Part shown: in pieces, positions 39,323 through 47,371 of the stretch
How the letters are laid out: the number at the start of each line of letters is the position of its first letter
How positions within the stretch are numbered: the stretch's first letter is position 1
Assembly (NCBI GenBank): GCA_910586645.1
Contig: CAJUIS010000003.1
Coordinates: 75,106-139,105 of the forward strand
DNA from: an uncultured Lachnospiraceae bacterium
Lineage (GTDB): Bacteria > Bacillota > Clostridia > Lachnospirales > Lachnospiraceae
Direction of reading: 5' to 3'
Length of the DNA stretch: 64,000 bases
Notes under the pieces: model-generated
What the model was told of the DNA's origin: nothing
Database searches by the model: none
The model's input: the letters and a program-made list of their open reading frames with translations, nothing else
Translations under genes and position numbers: made by a program

Positions 39323-39910
39323 TCAATCTACCGGACCAAACCCCGAAATCGGCCAAATCCGGAATGTTACCCTGCTCACAATCTGTTCGTCAGATACGCA
39401 GCCTATGTCAATGCTGCGGCTGTCTACCGACGTCTCCCGGTTATCCCCCATCACGAAAACGCTTCCTTCCGGCACTTTGCAGGGAAGGGCGATATTACAC
39501 TTCCCAAGCGCAGGACGGCCGTTTTTCAGATACGTTTCTTTTAAAGGAATTTCATTGACATATACAATCCCGTCTCCGTCGATATCCACTGTCTCGCCTT
39601 CCGTGGCTATAATGCGCTTTATCATTACTTTGTTGTTGTTGTAAAAGGCTACTACGTCGCCTTTTTTCCATTTCCCGTTCCGAAGGGAAACTACCAGCTC
39701 CCCTTCATGCAGCGACGGCTCCATGCTGCTGCCGTCTATCCGCATCACCGGAACAAACAGCGTCGCCGCCAGAACCGTAACGGCTCCCGCCACAAGCAGC
39801 GCTTCTATTGTTCCGCTAATCATTTCCCTGCGCCTTAATTTGCGCCGCTCCCGCTTCAGCTCCTGTTTTAACTGAGCCTTGTCAGGAATTCCCACTTTTT
39901 TCTTCCCCAT
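39323..39910 (-). CDS. Signal peptidase I (Ser/Lys, pilus-associated LepB/SipA-like)
   Basis: GSSMEPSL, MIKRII, FVMGDNR..SVDSR; catalytic Ser and Lys intact. Confidence 0.92.
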   Translation of the reverse strand: MGKKKVGIPDKAQLKQELKRERRKLRRREMISGTIEALLVAGAVTVLAATLFVPVMRIDGSSMEPSLHEGELVVSLRNGKWKKGDVVAFYNNNKVMIKRIIATEGETVDIDGDGIVYVNEIPLKETYLKNGRPALGKCNIALPCKVPEGSVFVMGDNRETSVDSRSIDIGCVSDEQIVSRVTFRIWPISGFGPVD

Positions 39911-39923
39911 GATTCGTTACGCC

Positions 39924-40406
39924 TCACGAAGAATATGCAAAATCTGCCAGGGCTGCAAGCGGTTCTTTTTCCGGTTTCGCCCAGTAATTTTCCGTCTGGG
40001 TTTTCGTTTCCTTCTCCGTTTTGCCTCTGCCCTTCATCTCTTCACAATGCCTGCGCGCCTCTTCTTCCATTTTCCGGCACCGCTCTTTTGTTTCTTTTAA
40101 AAGAGCTTCCGCTTCTCTGCGGCTCTGCTCCGCCATTCTGGCGCACTCTTCTTCCTGCCTTGCGCTCATCTCTTCTACATTTTCCAGATAGCGCGCCGCC
40201 GCATCCTGCGCCGCCTCAAACACACCGCTTATCGATACCGACGCTGCGGCGATAGAACCTGCCGTATCAATCGCAATCTTCCTCGACTTGAGCCTGCGTT
40301 CCGCGTCTGCGAGCTTATCCTTCAGAGCTTCCATTTCCTCATCCTGCTGAATTAAAAGCTCCAGCAAATCGCTGCGCCTTAACTTCCTAAGTTCCCTGTC
40401 TGTCAT
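39924..40406 (-). CDS. Coiled-coil hypothetical protein (DivIVA-like architecture), first gene of pilus operon
   Basis: MTDRELRKLRRSDLLELL, GSIAAAS..VFEAAQ.AA.YL, long charged helix. Confidence 0.7.
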   Translation of the reverse strand: MTDRELRKLRRSDLLELLIQQDEEMEALKDKLADAERRLKSRKIAIDTAGSIAAASVSISGVFEAAQDAAARYLENVEEMSARQEEECARMAEQSRREAEALLKETKERCRKMEEEARRHCEEMKGRGKTEKETKTQTENYWAKPEKEPLAALADFAYSS

Positions 40407-40484
40407 ATTTTACTATCTCCCAGTCTGGTTTTGCGTTTCTTCTTTCTGTCTGCAGATTTGCGCTTTTTCACATCTTCTGAACGT

Positions 40485-40520
40485 ATCTTACACGATGGAG
40501 CATTACACGAATCATTACAT
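40485..40520 (-). promoter_or_regulatory. Putative activator-dependent promoter with TGTAA direct repeats
   Basis: TGTAAT-GATTCG-TGTAAT-GCTCCATCG-TG-TAAGAT: good -10 (TAAGAT), poor -35 bracketed by repeats. Confidence 0.5.
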
Positions 40521-40598
40521 TGAGAAACCTTCGCATTTTTTTATAATATGTCAAATTTTATTGTATTTTTTCCCGTATGATTGTTTAGAATGACGTAT

Positions 40599-41837
40599 TT
40601 AACCCGCCGCCCGCCCCCTTGACTCCCTGGAGCTGTCGTTCATTTCCGCAACGGGAAACGCGTCAAAATGGATGTAATTCTTCCATAACTTATTTTCCTC
40701 GGAAAATCTCTCAATAATCCTGTCAAAAATCAAATCGCAGTTTTCTCCGGCGGTTCCCACCAGAAGAATCAAAAACTGCGAAGAACTGAATCTTGTAAAC
40801 GTATCGCACCGCCGCAGGCTTTCTTTAATCGCTTCACGAAGCTTTTCAGACATAATGTCAAGCGTCTCTTTGTCTTCCTGCGGACGCCCTTTGTCGTCCG
40901 TAATGGTGCACATCATAAGGTACATACACGGATCCGTACGTTCCATGATGCGGCAGGCAAAAATGTATTCATCCCGAAAACTTGGAAGGCTGCAGTAGTA
41001 CGCCCCGTCGTATCTGCCTGTCTCCGAAAGCAGCTTGTCTTTGATCTCCCTTATGACTTCCGGCTTTCTTTTGACATGCCCGCTGATGGACTTCAACTGT
41101 TTCATCATCCGCTCGGACGGCGTAATGCCGAGTTCCTCAAAGAACAGTTTTTCTGTATCTTTATATTCTTTGAACGCCTCTTTGTAGCGGTTCATGGCAA
41201 TGTAACAGTCAATCTTTACCGCCTGCCATTCGTCAAAAGGATAAATCCTGGCCGCCCTTCCGCTGAGCCTTAAAATCTCTTCATAATCCTCATGCTCTTT
41301 CAGATACTCACACAGCCAGAACAGGCTCGCCTCAAAAAGCTTCTTATACTGCATGGCTTCCACCATGACCCATTCTTCTCCCGAAAGCTCCTGCAAAAAT
41401 TCTCCCCTATATAATTCACAGGCTTCCTGCAACAGTTCCGCCTTCCTGTCCCGATCCGCCGTCCCGTCCGCCTGCGTTACCAGCCTGCGGAACTCCAGGG
41501 CATCCACTTCCAGCTTCATCGGGCAGTTCCAGTAATAAACCCCGCTCTTAATCGTAACATAATCGTACTCCGGAAACCCCGCGTCCAGAATCCGTTTCTT
41601 TAACCGATGCACCGTAACCCTCAAATTATTCGCCGCATCCGCCACTTCGTCCCTTCCATAAAGATCTTCCAGCAGCTTATTCCTTACAATCCCGCCGGAA
41701 CCGCTGTGGCACAGAATCATCAATAATCTCTGTACCCTTGTCATCCCCTTTTCTCCAAATGGAACTGCCTCACCGTCATACAGGATGACGATCCTCCCAA
41801 ACATCCGCACTTTCAGCGCCGGAAATTCTCTTTCCAT
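40599..41837 (-). CDS. SARP/BTAD-family transcriptional regulator with C-terminal degenerate GGDEF-like domain
   Basis: VRMFG wHTH start, NNLRVTVHRLKK, VDA.EF, LYRGEFL, PFDEW, ELGITPS; tail LRRCDTFTRFSSSQFLILL. Confidence 0.85.
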   Translation of the reverse strand: MEREFPALKVRMFGRIVILYDGEAVPFGEKGMTRVQRLLMILCHSGSGGIVRNKLLEDLYGRDEVADAANNLRVTVHRLKKRILDAGFPEYDYVTIKSGVYYWNCPMKLEVDALEFRRLVTQADGTADRDRKAELLQEACELYRGEFLQELSGEEWVMVEAMQYKKLFEASLFWLCEYLKEHEDYEEILRLSGRAARIYPFDEWQAVKIDCYIAMNRYKEAFKEYKDTEKLFFEELGITPSERMMKQLKSISGHVKRKPEVIREIKDKLLSETGRYDGAYYCSLPSFRDEYIFACRIMERTDPCMYLMMCTITDDKGRPQEDKETLDIMSEKLREAIKESLRRCDTFTRFSSSQFLILLVGTAGENCDLIFDRIIERFSEENKLWKNYIHFDAFPVAEMNDSSRESRGRAAG

Positions 41838-41849
41838 TGTACCTTAATA

Positions 41850-41858
41850 CCCCCCCCC
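41850..41858 (-). repeat. G9 homopolymer 12 nt upstream of the regulator ATG
   Basis: Nine consecutive C on the + strand. Confidence 0.9.
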
Positions 41859-41909
41859 GGAAAAATTGACCTCCTGTTACCTTATATTATATCTTGTACT
41901 CATATTATG

Positions 41910-41938
41910 AATATATTCCATATGAAAATAAAAGTCAA
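41910..41938 (-). promoter_or_regulatory. Putative sigma-A promoter of the BTAD regulator
   Basis: TTGACT-17-TATATT. Confidence 0.6.
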
Positions 41939-42175
41939 TCTTTGATTGCCTTTTTCAGTATATGCCATATTTGCTTTTTTGTTTTTCAGGGAAAGACGCC
42001 TGCCGTACAGCAAACCTTACAGAATATATTGTATATAATATATATCGGCTCTATTTTTTTAATATTTAGAAATTTCAAATTTTTTTGAATTTTTATCCAT
42101 TCTTTATCCACTCCAAACAGGCAGGTTTCTCTGGCAGGCGGCTGCTTAACGGCCTTCACAATGCAGACGACAGTC

Positions 42176-42204
42176 TTGCATACCACTTTTATTTGTGCTA
42201 TACT
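42176..42204 (+). promoter_or_regulatory. Putative sigma-A promoter of the type IV filament-like operon
   Basis: TTGCAT-17-TATACT with TG extension. Confidence 0.7.
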
Positions 42205-42289
42205 CTCTAAACAAAGCTGAAAAATAATTTTTTCAGACTGCTTTTATGGAATTCACCGGCAGATTATATCAGTAAGGAGGATGCGCGGC

Positions 42290-43297
42290 ATGATACGCAA
42301 AAAAATATTGTCTGCCCTGTGTTTTCTGATTTTGTCCGGCATCCTTATCTGCGGATGCTCTGACGATCAGAAACTTCCGGAGGCGTTAGCCGAAAAAAAA
42401 GATTCTTCCGGCCCGTCCAAAAGCGGCAGCTCAAAAGGAGGCAAAAACGCCGGGGATAAAAAAGAGCAAAATAAAACCCCCCGCGACCACACGCCGAAAG
42501 TCCTTATGCCGGAAGCGTCGGGAACCCAGGTTTTTAACAATGATTTTGTCACTATAGACGCCTCGCATACGGACGCAGGCTATTTTATGGTCAAATACCT
42601 GGGAACCAATAAAAAGGTCAAGCTTCGCATCAACGGCCCTGACCAGTCGGAATATGTCTATCTTTTATCCGGCACAGACGACTTTGAGACGTTTCCTCTC
42701 TCAGGCGGCAGCGGCGCATATCTGGTGCAGATCCTTGAGAATGCGGGCGGCGATATGTATGCGGTCGCTTATTCTGCGGATCTTGACGTATCGATTGCGG
42801 ATGAATTCAGCCCGTTTCTCTATCCGAATCAATACGTAAATTTCACCAAAGACAGCCTGACCGTCCAGAAGGGCGGCGAACTTGCAGAAGGAGCAGGTTC
42901 CGATCTGGAAGTGATTGAAAACATTTATCACTATGTCACAAGCGAGATTACATATGACGAAAAGAAAGCGGCAAGCGTCACTTACGGCTATCTGCCCGTG
43001 ATCGACGAAACGCTGAAATCCGGAAAGGGCATCTGTTTTGATTATGCTTCGGTTATGAGCGCAATGCTCCGCACACAGGGAATCCCGACAAAACTTGAAG
43101 TCGGCTATTCCGGAGAGGCGTACCACGCCTGGATCAGCGCCTACGCTTCCGAAACCGGATGGGTAGACGACATTATTGAATTTGACGGAAAGTCCTGGAC
43201 GCTGATGGATCCGACGCTTGCGGCGAACAACAGCGCCTCTTCCGTGAAACAGTACATCGGCGACGGTTCCAATTACGTCGTGAAGTATTCTTATTAA
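42290..43297 (+). CDS. Transglutaminase-like lipoprotein
   Basis: Lipobox ILICG-C; Cys-His-Asp triad GICFDYA / YHAW / MDPT; ATG 42290 is 9 nt after AGGAGG. Confidence 0.85.
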   Translation: MIRKKILSALCFLILSGILICGCSDDQKLPEALAEKKDSSGPSKSGSSKGGKNAGDKKEQNKTPRDHTPKVLMPEASGTQVFNNDFVTIDASHTDAGYFMVKYLGTNKKVKLRINGPDQSEYVYLLSGTDDFETFPLSGGSGAYLVQILENAGGDMYAVAYSADLDVSIADEFSPFLYPNQYVNFTKDSLTVQKGGELAEGAGSDLEVIENIYHYVTSEITYDEKKAASVTYGYLPVIDETLKSGKGICFDYASVMSAMLRTQGIPTKLEVGYSGEAYHAWISAYASETGWVDDIIEFDGKSWTLMDPTLAANNSASSVKQYIGDGSNYVVKYSY

Positions 43298-43329
43298 TTT
43301 TTTATTTTAACGTCCTGAAAGGAGATTTT

Positions 43330-44379
43330 ATGAGCAGCAAAAAATTGACTCCTCTGTCCAATACGGAGGCGGCTTCCTTTTGCTCACAGATGGCCCTCAT
43401 TTTAAAATCAGGGATTTCTTCCGTGGAAGGAATTACCATTATGTTAGAGGACGCAAAGGAGCTGAATGAAAAGAAACTTCTCTCACAGATTTATGAGACA
43501 ATGACCCGGACCGGCATTTTTTATGAATCGCTTGCAGATACAAAGGTTTTTCCGGAATATCTGCTGAATATGGTGCGCATTGGCGAACAGACGGGCAAAC
43601 TGGACGAGGTTATGGAATCGCTTGCGGATTATTACGAGAAAGAGGCCAATCTTGCGCAGTCGGTGCGGCACGCCATTTCCTATCCCCTGATTATGGTGAC
43701 GATGATGCTTCTCGTCATCCTCGTTTTGATTATGAAAGTCATGCCGGTCTTCAATCAGGTGTTTAAACAGCTTGGAAGTGAAATGACGGGTTTTTCACGG
43801 GCAATTTTAAACGTCGGAGAATTTTTAAACAACAACTTTTTTATTTTTGCCGGCGTCCTTGTCCTCCTCGCAGCGCTGATCTTATTCCTTGTAAAATCCG
43901 AAAAAGGGAAAAAACTCATGCGTTCCTTTTTATACCGTTTTTCCCACACAAGAGAGCTTTCCGATCAGATTTCGGCTTACCGTTTCGCAAACGGAATGGC
44001 TCTTACGTTAAGCAGCGGCTTAACGCCGGAGGAATGCCTGCACCAGACGCTTGGCCTGACGGAAGCAGGGCCGTTTCAGCGCAGGCTTGACCGCTGTTTC
44101 CAATCCGTTTCCAAGGGCGACGATCTCTGCCAGTCTCTCTTAAAGGAACATATCTTCACCGACATCTATGCCAGGATGGCCGCTATCGGCTCCCGTACCG
44201 GCGTGCTTGACGAAGTTATGCATACGATTTCAAAACAGTACGAATCGGACATTGACGTACGGTTTGCCGGAATCATTGCAAAAGTGGAGCCTACGCTGGT
44301 TATTGTTCTTTCTCTGGTAGTCGGAGCGATTCTGCTGTCGGTAATGCTTCCGCTTATGAGCATTATGTCGGTGCTTTAA
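43330..44379 (+). CDS. Type IV pilus / T2SS platform protein (PilC/GspF family)
   Basis: F...MALILKSG, GEQTGKL, YP, G.RTG.L, EP...VG.I..SVMLP; three TMs. Confidence 0.9.
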   Translation: MSSKKLTPLSNTEAASFCSQMALILKSGISSVEGITIMLEDAKELNEKKLLSQIYETMTRTGIFYESLADTKVFPEYLLNMVRIGEQTGKLDEVMESLADYYEKEANLAQSVRHAISYPLIMVTMMLLVILVLIMKVMPVFNQVFKQLGSEMTGFSRAILNVGEFLNNNFFIFAGVLVLLAALILFLVKSEKGKKLMRSFLYRFSHTRELSDQISAYRFANGMALTLSSGLTPEECLHQTLGLTEAGPFQRRLDRCFQSVSKGDDLCQSLLKEHIFTDIYARMAAIGSRTGVLDEVMHTISKQYESDIDVRFAGIIAKVEPTLVIVLSLVVGAILLSVMLPLMSIMSVL

Positions 44380-44406
44380 TCCGGACAAAGAAAGGGGACA
44401 TTTTGC

Positions 44407-44745
44407 ATGAACAACCGCTTTTCAAAAAAGAAAAAGGACCGTTTCGGCCATCGGAATCTATGGATTTCCCTTATTCTTTTTGCATTCGTCTTTGGGGCGG
44501 TCTTATCCGGAATCGCTTCCGTTTCCAGGAAAACAGACGACGAAGCGCAAAAGACGCTGGAACAGGCCGTAATGCGGGGCATTACATACTGCTACGCAAT
44601 GGAAGGCTCCTATCCGGAAAGCCTTTCGTACCTGAAAGAGCATTACGGGCTTTTCTATAACGAAGACGATTATTTTATCGATTACCATCCGATGGGAGCC
44701 AATATGATGCCGGACGTCACTATCATTAAAAAGACAGACGACTAG
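44407..44745 (+). CDS. Small pilin/pseudopilin-like protein
   Basis: Basic leader, one hydrophobic helix, CYAMEGSYPESL (GspG-like G.YP..L). Confidence 0.6.
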   Translation: MNNRFSKKKKDRFGHRNLWISLILFAFVFGAVLSGIASVSRKTDDEAQKTLEQAVMRGITYCYAMEGSYPESLSYLKEHYGLFYNEDDYFIDYHPMGANMMPDVTIIKKTDD

Positions 44746-44762
44746 GGAGGAGGAAATGTTCA

Positions 44763-45245
44763 TTGGAATTTCGCACAAACAGACATGTCATTGATCTTGT
44801 TTTTCCCATAGCGGTTTTTTTCGTATTTACGGCATCTTCCCTTGCTGTTTTAATGCTTGCCGCTAACATTTACCACACGCAGACGACGGACGCGGACAAT
44901 AATTACATGACCCGCACCTCTCTGGCCTATGTCAGTGAAAAAATCCGTCAAAATGACGCAAACGGCGGCATTTCCGTCCGTACAGTGGAAGACAGAAGCT
45001 GTCTTGCCATAGAAAGCGTTTCTTATGATGTTTCTTACACGACTTATATCTACGAATACGAAGGGACGTTAAAGGAGCTTTTTATCCGGGACGACGCGAA
45101 ACTGCGCCTAAAGGACGGCAAAGATATTATGGAAGTCAAAGAATTTTCAATCGAAGAGATTGGCGACGGCCTGTTCCGTTTTGCGTCCTCGGATCTGGAC
45201 GGAAACAAGACGGCGCTGATTGTTTCGGAAAGGAGTGCGCCATGA
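44763..45245 (+). CDS. DUF4860-like minor-pilin-like protein
   Basis: N-terminal helix, RTSLAYVSEKIRQND, Y.TYIY.YEG.LKEL; TTG start after GGAGG. Confidence 0.65.
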   Translation: MEFRTNRHVIDLVFPIAVFFVFTASSLAVLMLAANIYHTQTTDADNNYMTRTSLAYVSEKIRQNDANGGISVRTVEDRSCLAIESVSYDVSYTTYIYEYEGTLKELFIRDDAKLRLKDGKDIMEVKEFSIEEIGDGLFRFASSDLDGNKTALIVSERSAP

Positions 45246-45712
45246 ATCGTTCCAGCAGCCGCGGCAGCACGTTTCTTATGGAAATTATGGCCGCTATCCT
45301 GTTTTTTTCTCTTGTAAGCGCTTTGTGCCTTCAGATGTTTTTAAAATCCAGCCAGTTGAGCAAAGACACCGCAAATTTAAGCTCGGCGGCCAGCCAGGTC
45401 AGAAATGCCGCGGAACTTATCAAACACGCGGCGTCCTCTTCCGCCCAGGCAGACAAAAACAGCTTTTTTCCGGAATGCCTTTTAGAGGAATATCCAAACG
45501 CTGCGACTGGCTCTGTACAGACAGTCGTCTATTTTGACAAAAAATGGAATTACTGTCCGGCCGGAGACGCTGCCTTCTGCATGAAAATTACACCGACCAA
45601 TACAGAAGATGCGTCTCTTCTGCATTTCTATTTCGAGGTTCTGCATATGAACGGCAGCAAAGACGGCATTTATTCCATGGATTTGGAGCTTCATGTTCCA
45701 AACCAGCCATAG
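45242..45712 (+). CDS. Pilin-like protein with degenerate class III signal
   Basis: SSSRGSTFLMEIMAAILFFSL; YFDKKW. Confidence 0.65.
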   Translation: MNRSSSRGSTFLMEIMAAILFFSLVSALCLQMFLKSSQLSKDTANLSSAASQVRNAAELIKHAASSSAQADKNSFFPECLLEEYPNAATGSVQTVVYFDKKWNYCPAGDAAFCMKITPTNTEDASLLHFYFEVLHMNGSKDGIYSMDLELHVPNQP

Positions 45713-45744
45713 TCTATTTTATGATTGAAGTGAGGCGTTCGTTT

Positions 45745-46239
45745 ATGAAGAAAAAAAATTTACCTGTTACGAATATTGGAACGGTATCGCTGATGATGAT
45801 GTTCATCGTCCTCTGCATGGTTACATTTGCCGCGCTTTCTCTTACGTCGGCTTCCCATGACGCCCGTCTTGGCCAGAAACTTGCAGACAGGCAGACGGAA
45901 TTTTATCACGCTTCCAATCAGGCGGAAGAGATGCTCGCCAAAGTGGACGACATAATTGCCAGCGCCTATAAAACCACGACGGATGAAACGGCATACTACC
46001 GTACAATCAACAAAGATCTGCTTCTTTGTTCTGCGGAAGCCGTCTGGACGGATCAGGAGCTTGACGTGATGTTTCAGGTGCCGGTCAATGATTTTCAGAC
46101 AATTCAGGTTCTGCTCGACGTACCGTCCCCGCAGCAGATTAAGTCGGAACAGCCCGGCTCTTTTTACAAAATCCTTTCCTGGAAAATTCTCTATACAAAA
46201 GCCTGGAAAAGCGACGATACCATACAGTTAATCCAATAA
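45745..46239 (+). CDS. PilX/GspK-like pilin-like protein
   Basis: KKK..NIG-TVSLMMMFIVLCMVTFAALSL; FY.A...AE; Y.I.SWK. Confidence 0.55.
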   Translation: MKKKNLPVTNIGTVSLMMMFIVLCMVTFAALSLTSASHDARLGQKLADRQTEFYHASNQAEEMLAKVDDIIASAYKTTTDETAYYRTINKDLLLCSAEAVWTDQELDVMFQVPVNDFQTIQVLLDVPSPQQIKSEQPGSFYKILSWKILYTKAWKSDDTIQLIQ

Positions 46240-46276
46240 TCAAGAATTTATTATTTCATTTTAAGGAGGCTTATCT

Positions 46277-47341
46277 ATGAGTTTAAACGCAATTGATCTG
46301 CTAAAGCAAGCCGTAGAGCAGGAGGCTTCGGATGTTTTTATTGTGGCCGGCCTTCCCGTTTCCATGCGTCAGAACGGTTCTGTCGTCCGAATCGGAGAAG
46401 ATCGCCTGCTGCCGGACGATACCCGTTTTGTCATTACGCAAATCTATGAAATGGCGAATAACCGTTCCATGAACAAACTGAATACGATGGGAGACGATGA
46501 TTTTTCCTTTGCCGTGCCAGGGCTGTCCAGATTCCGTGTCAGCGCCTATAAGCAGCGCAGCACGCTGTCCGTTGTCATCCGTATTATTACGTTTACGCTT
46601 CCAAATCCGGAAGATTTAAACATTCCGCACAAAATCATTGATTTCGCGAAATTCCCAAAAGGAATGGTTTTAATCACCGGAGCGGCGGGCAGCGGAAAAT
46701 CCACTTCCCTTGCCTGCATGATTGATTATATCAACCAGCATTACAGCAAACACATTATCACGTTAGAGGATCCTGTGGAGTTTCTGCACCGCCACAACAA
46801 GAGCATCGTAAGCCAGCGTGAAATCAGCGTTGACACCGAAAGCTACGTTACGGCGCTCCGCGCTTCGCTGCGCCAGAGCCCGAACGTTATCCTGCTTGGC
46901 GAAATGCGCGACTATGAAACGATTCAGGTTGCCATGACGGCCGCGGAAACGGGCCATCTGATTTTTTCCACGCTGCATACGATTGGAGCGGCCAATACGA
47001 TTGACCGTATTATCGACGTATTCCCGCCGAACCAGCAGCGCCAGATCGCCGTACAGCTCTCCATGGTGCTGCAGGCTGTTGTTTCACAGCAGCTTGTCCC
47101 ATCCACAGACGGCAGGATGGTTCCGGCGTTTGAGATTATGACGATGACCCCGGCCATCCGGAACATGATCCGCGACAATAAAATTCCGCAGATTGAAGGC
47201 GTTTTGTATTCTTCCGTAAACGCAGATATGGTGCCTATGGACGGAAGTCTCTTAAATCTGTACAAAACCGGACGCATTACGGCGGATACGGCGCTTGAAT
47301 TTGCCACAAATCCGGAAATGATGAAAAAAAGAATGCAGTAA
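46277..47341 (+). CDS. PilT/PilU-family type IV pilus ATPase
   Basis: ASDVF, Walker A GAAGSGKST, TLEDPVE, LLGEMRD, GHLIFSTLH, AIRNMIRD; no PilB N-terminal extension or Cys4 motif. Confidence 0.93.
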   Translation: MSLNAIDLLKQAVEQEASDVFIVAGLPVSMRQNGSVVRIGEDRLLPDDTRFVITQIYEMANNRSMNKLNTMGDDDFSFAVPGLSRFRVSAYKQRSTLSVVIRIITFTLPNPEDLNIPHKIIDFAKFPKGMVLITGAAGSGKSTSLACMIDYINQHYSKHIITLEDPVEFLHRHNKSIVSQREISVDTESYVTALRASLRQSPNVILLGEMRDYETIQVAMTAAETGHLIFSTLHTIGAANTIDRIIDVFPPNQQRQIAVQLSMVLQAVVSQQLVPSTDGRMVPAFEIMTMTPAIRNMIRDNKIPQIEGVLYSSVNADMVPMDGSLLNLYKTGRITADTALEFATNPEMMKKRMQ

Positions 47342-47371
47342 AAGACAACAGCAGAAGGAAGGACCAAAACT

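Noticed and set aside
41894..42186. Two overlapping 64-66 aa ORFs in the divergent gap
   Set aside because: AT-rich low-information translations, weak starts, overlapping predicted promoters
40407..42280. c-di-GMP riboswitch upstream of the pilus or type IV-like operons
   Set aside because: I could not find the class I GCAAA..GAAA..GACGCAAAG pattern or a class II core on either strand; an Rfam scan would settle it
45544..45744. N-terminal extension of the 231-aa ORF
   Set aside because: Overlaps the upstream gene by about 170 nt; ATG 45745 follows GAGG and gives a proper basic leader
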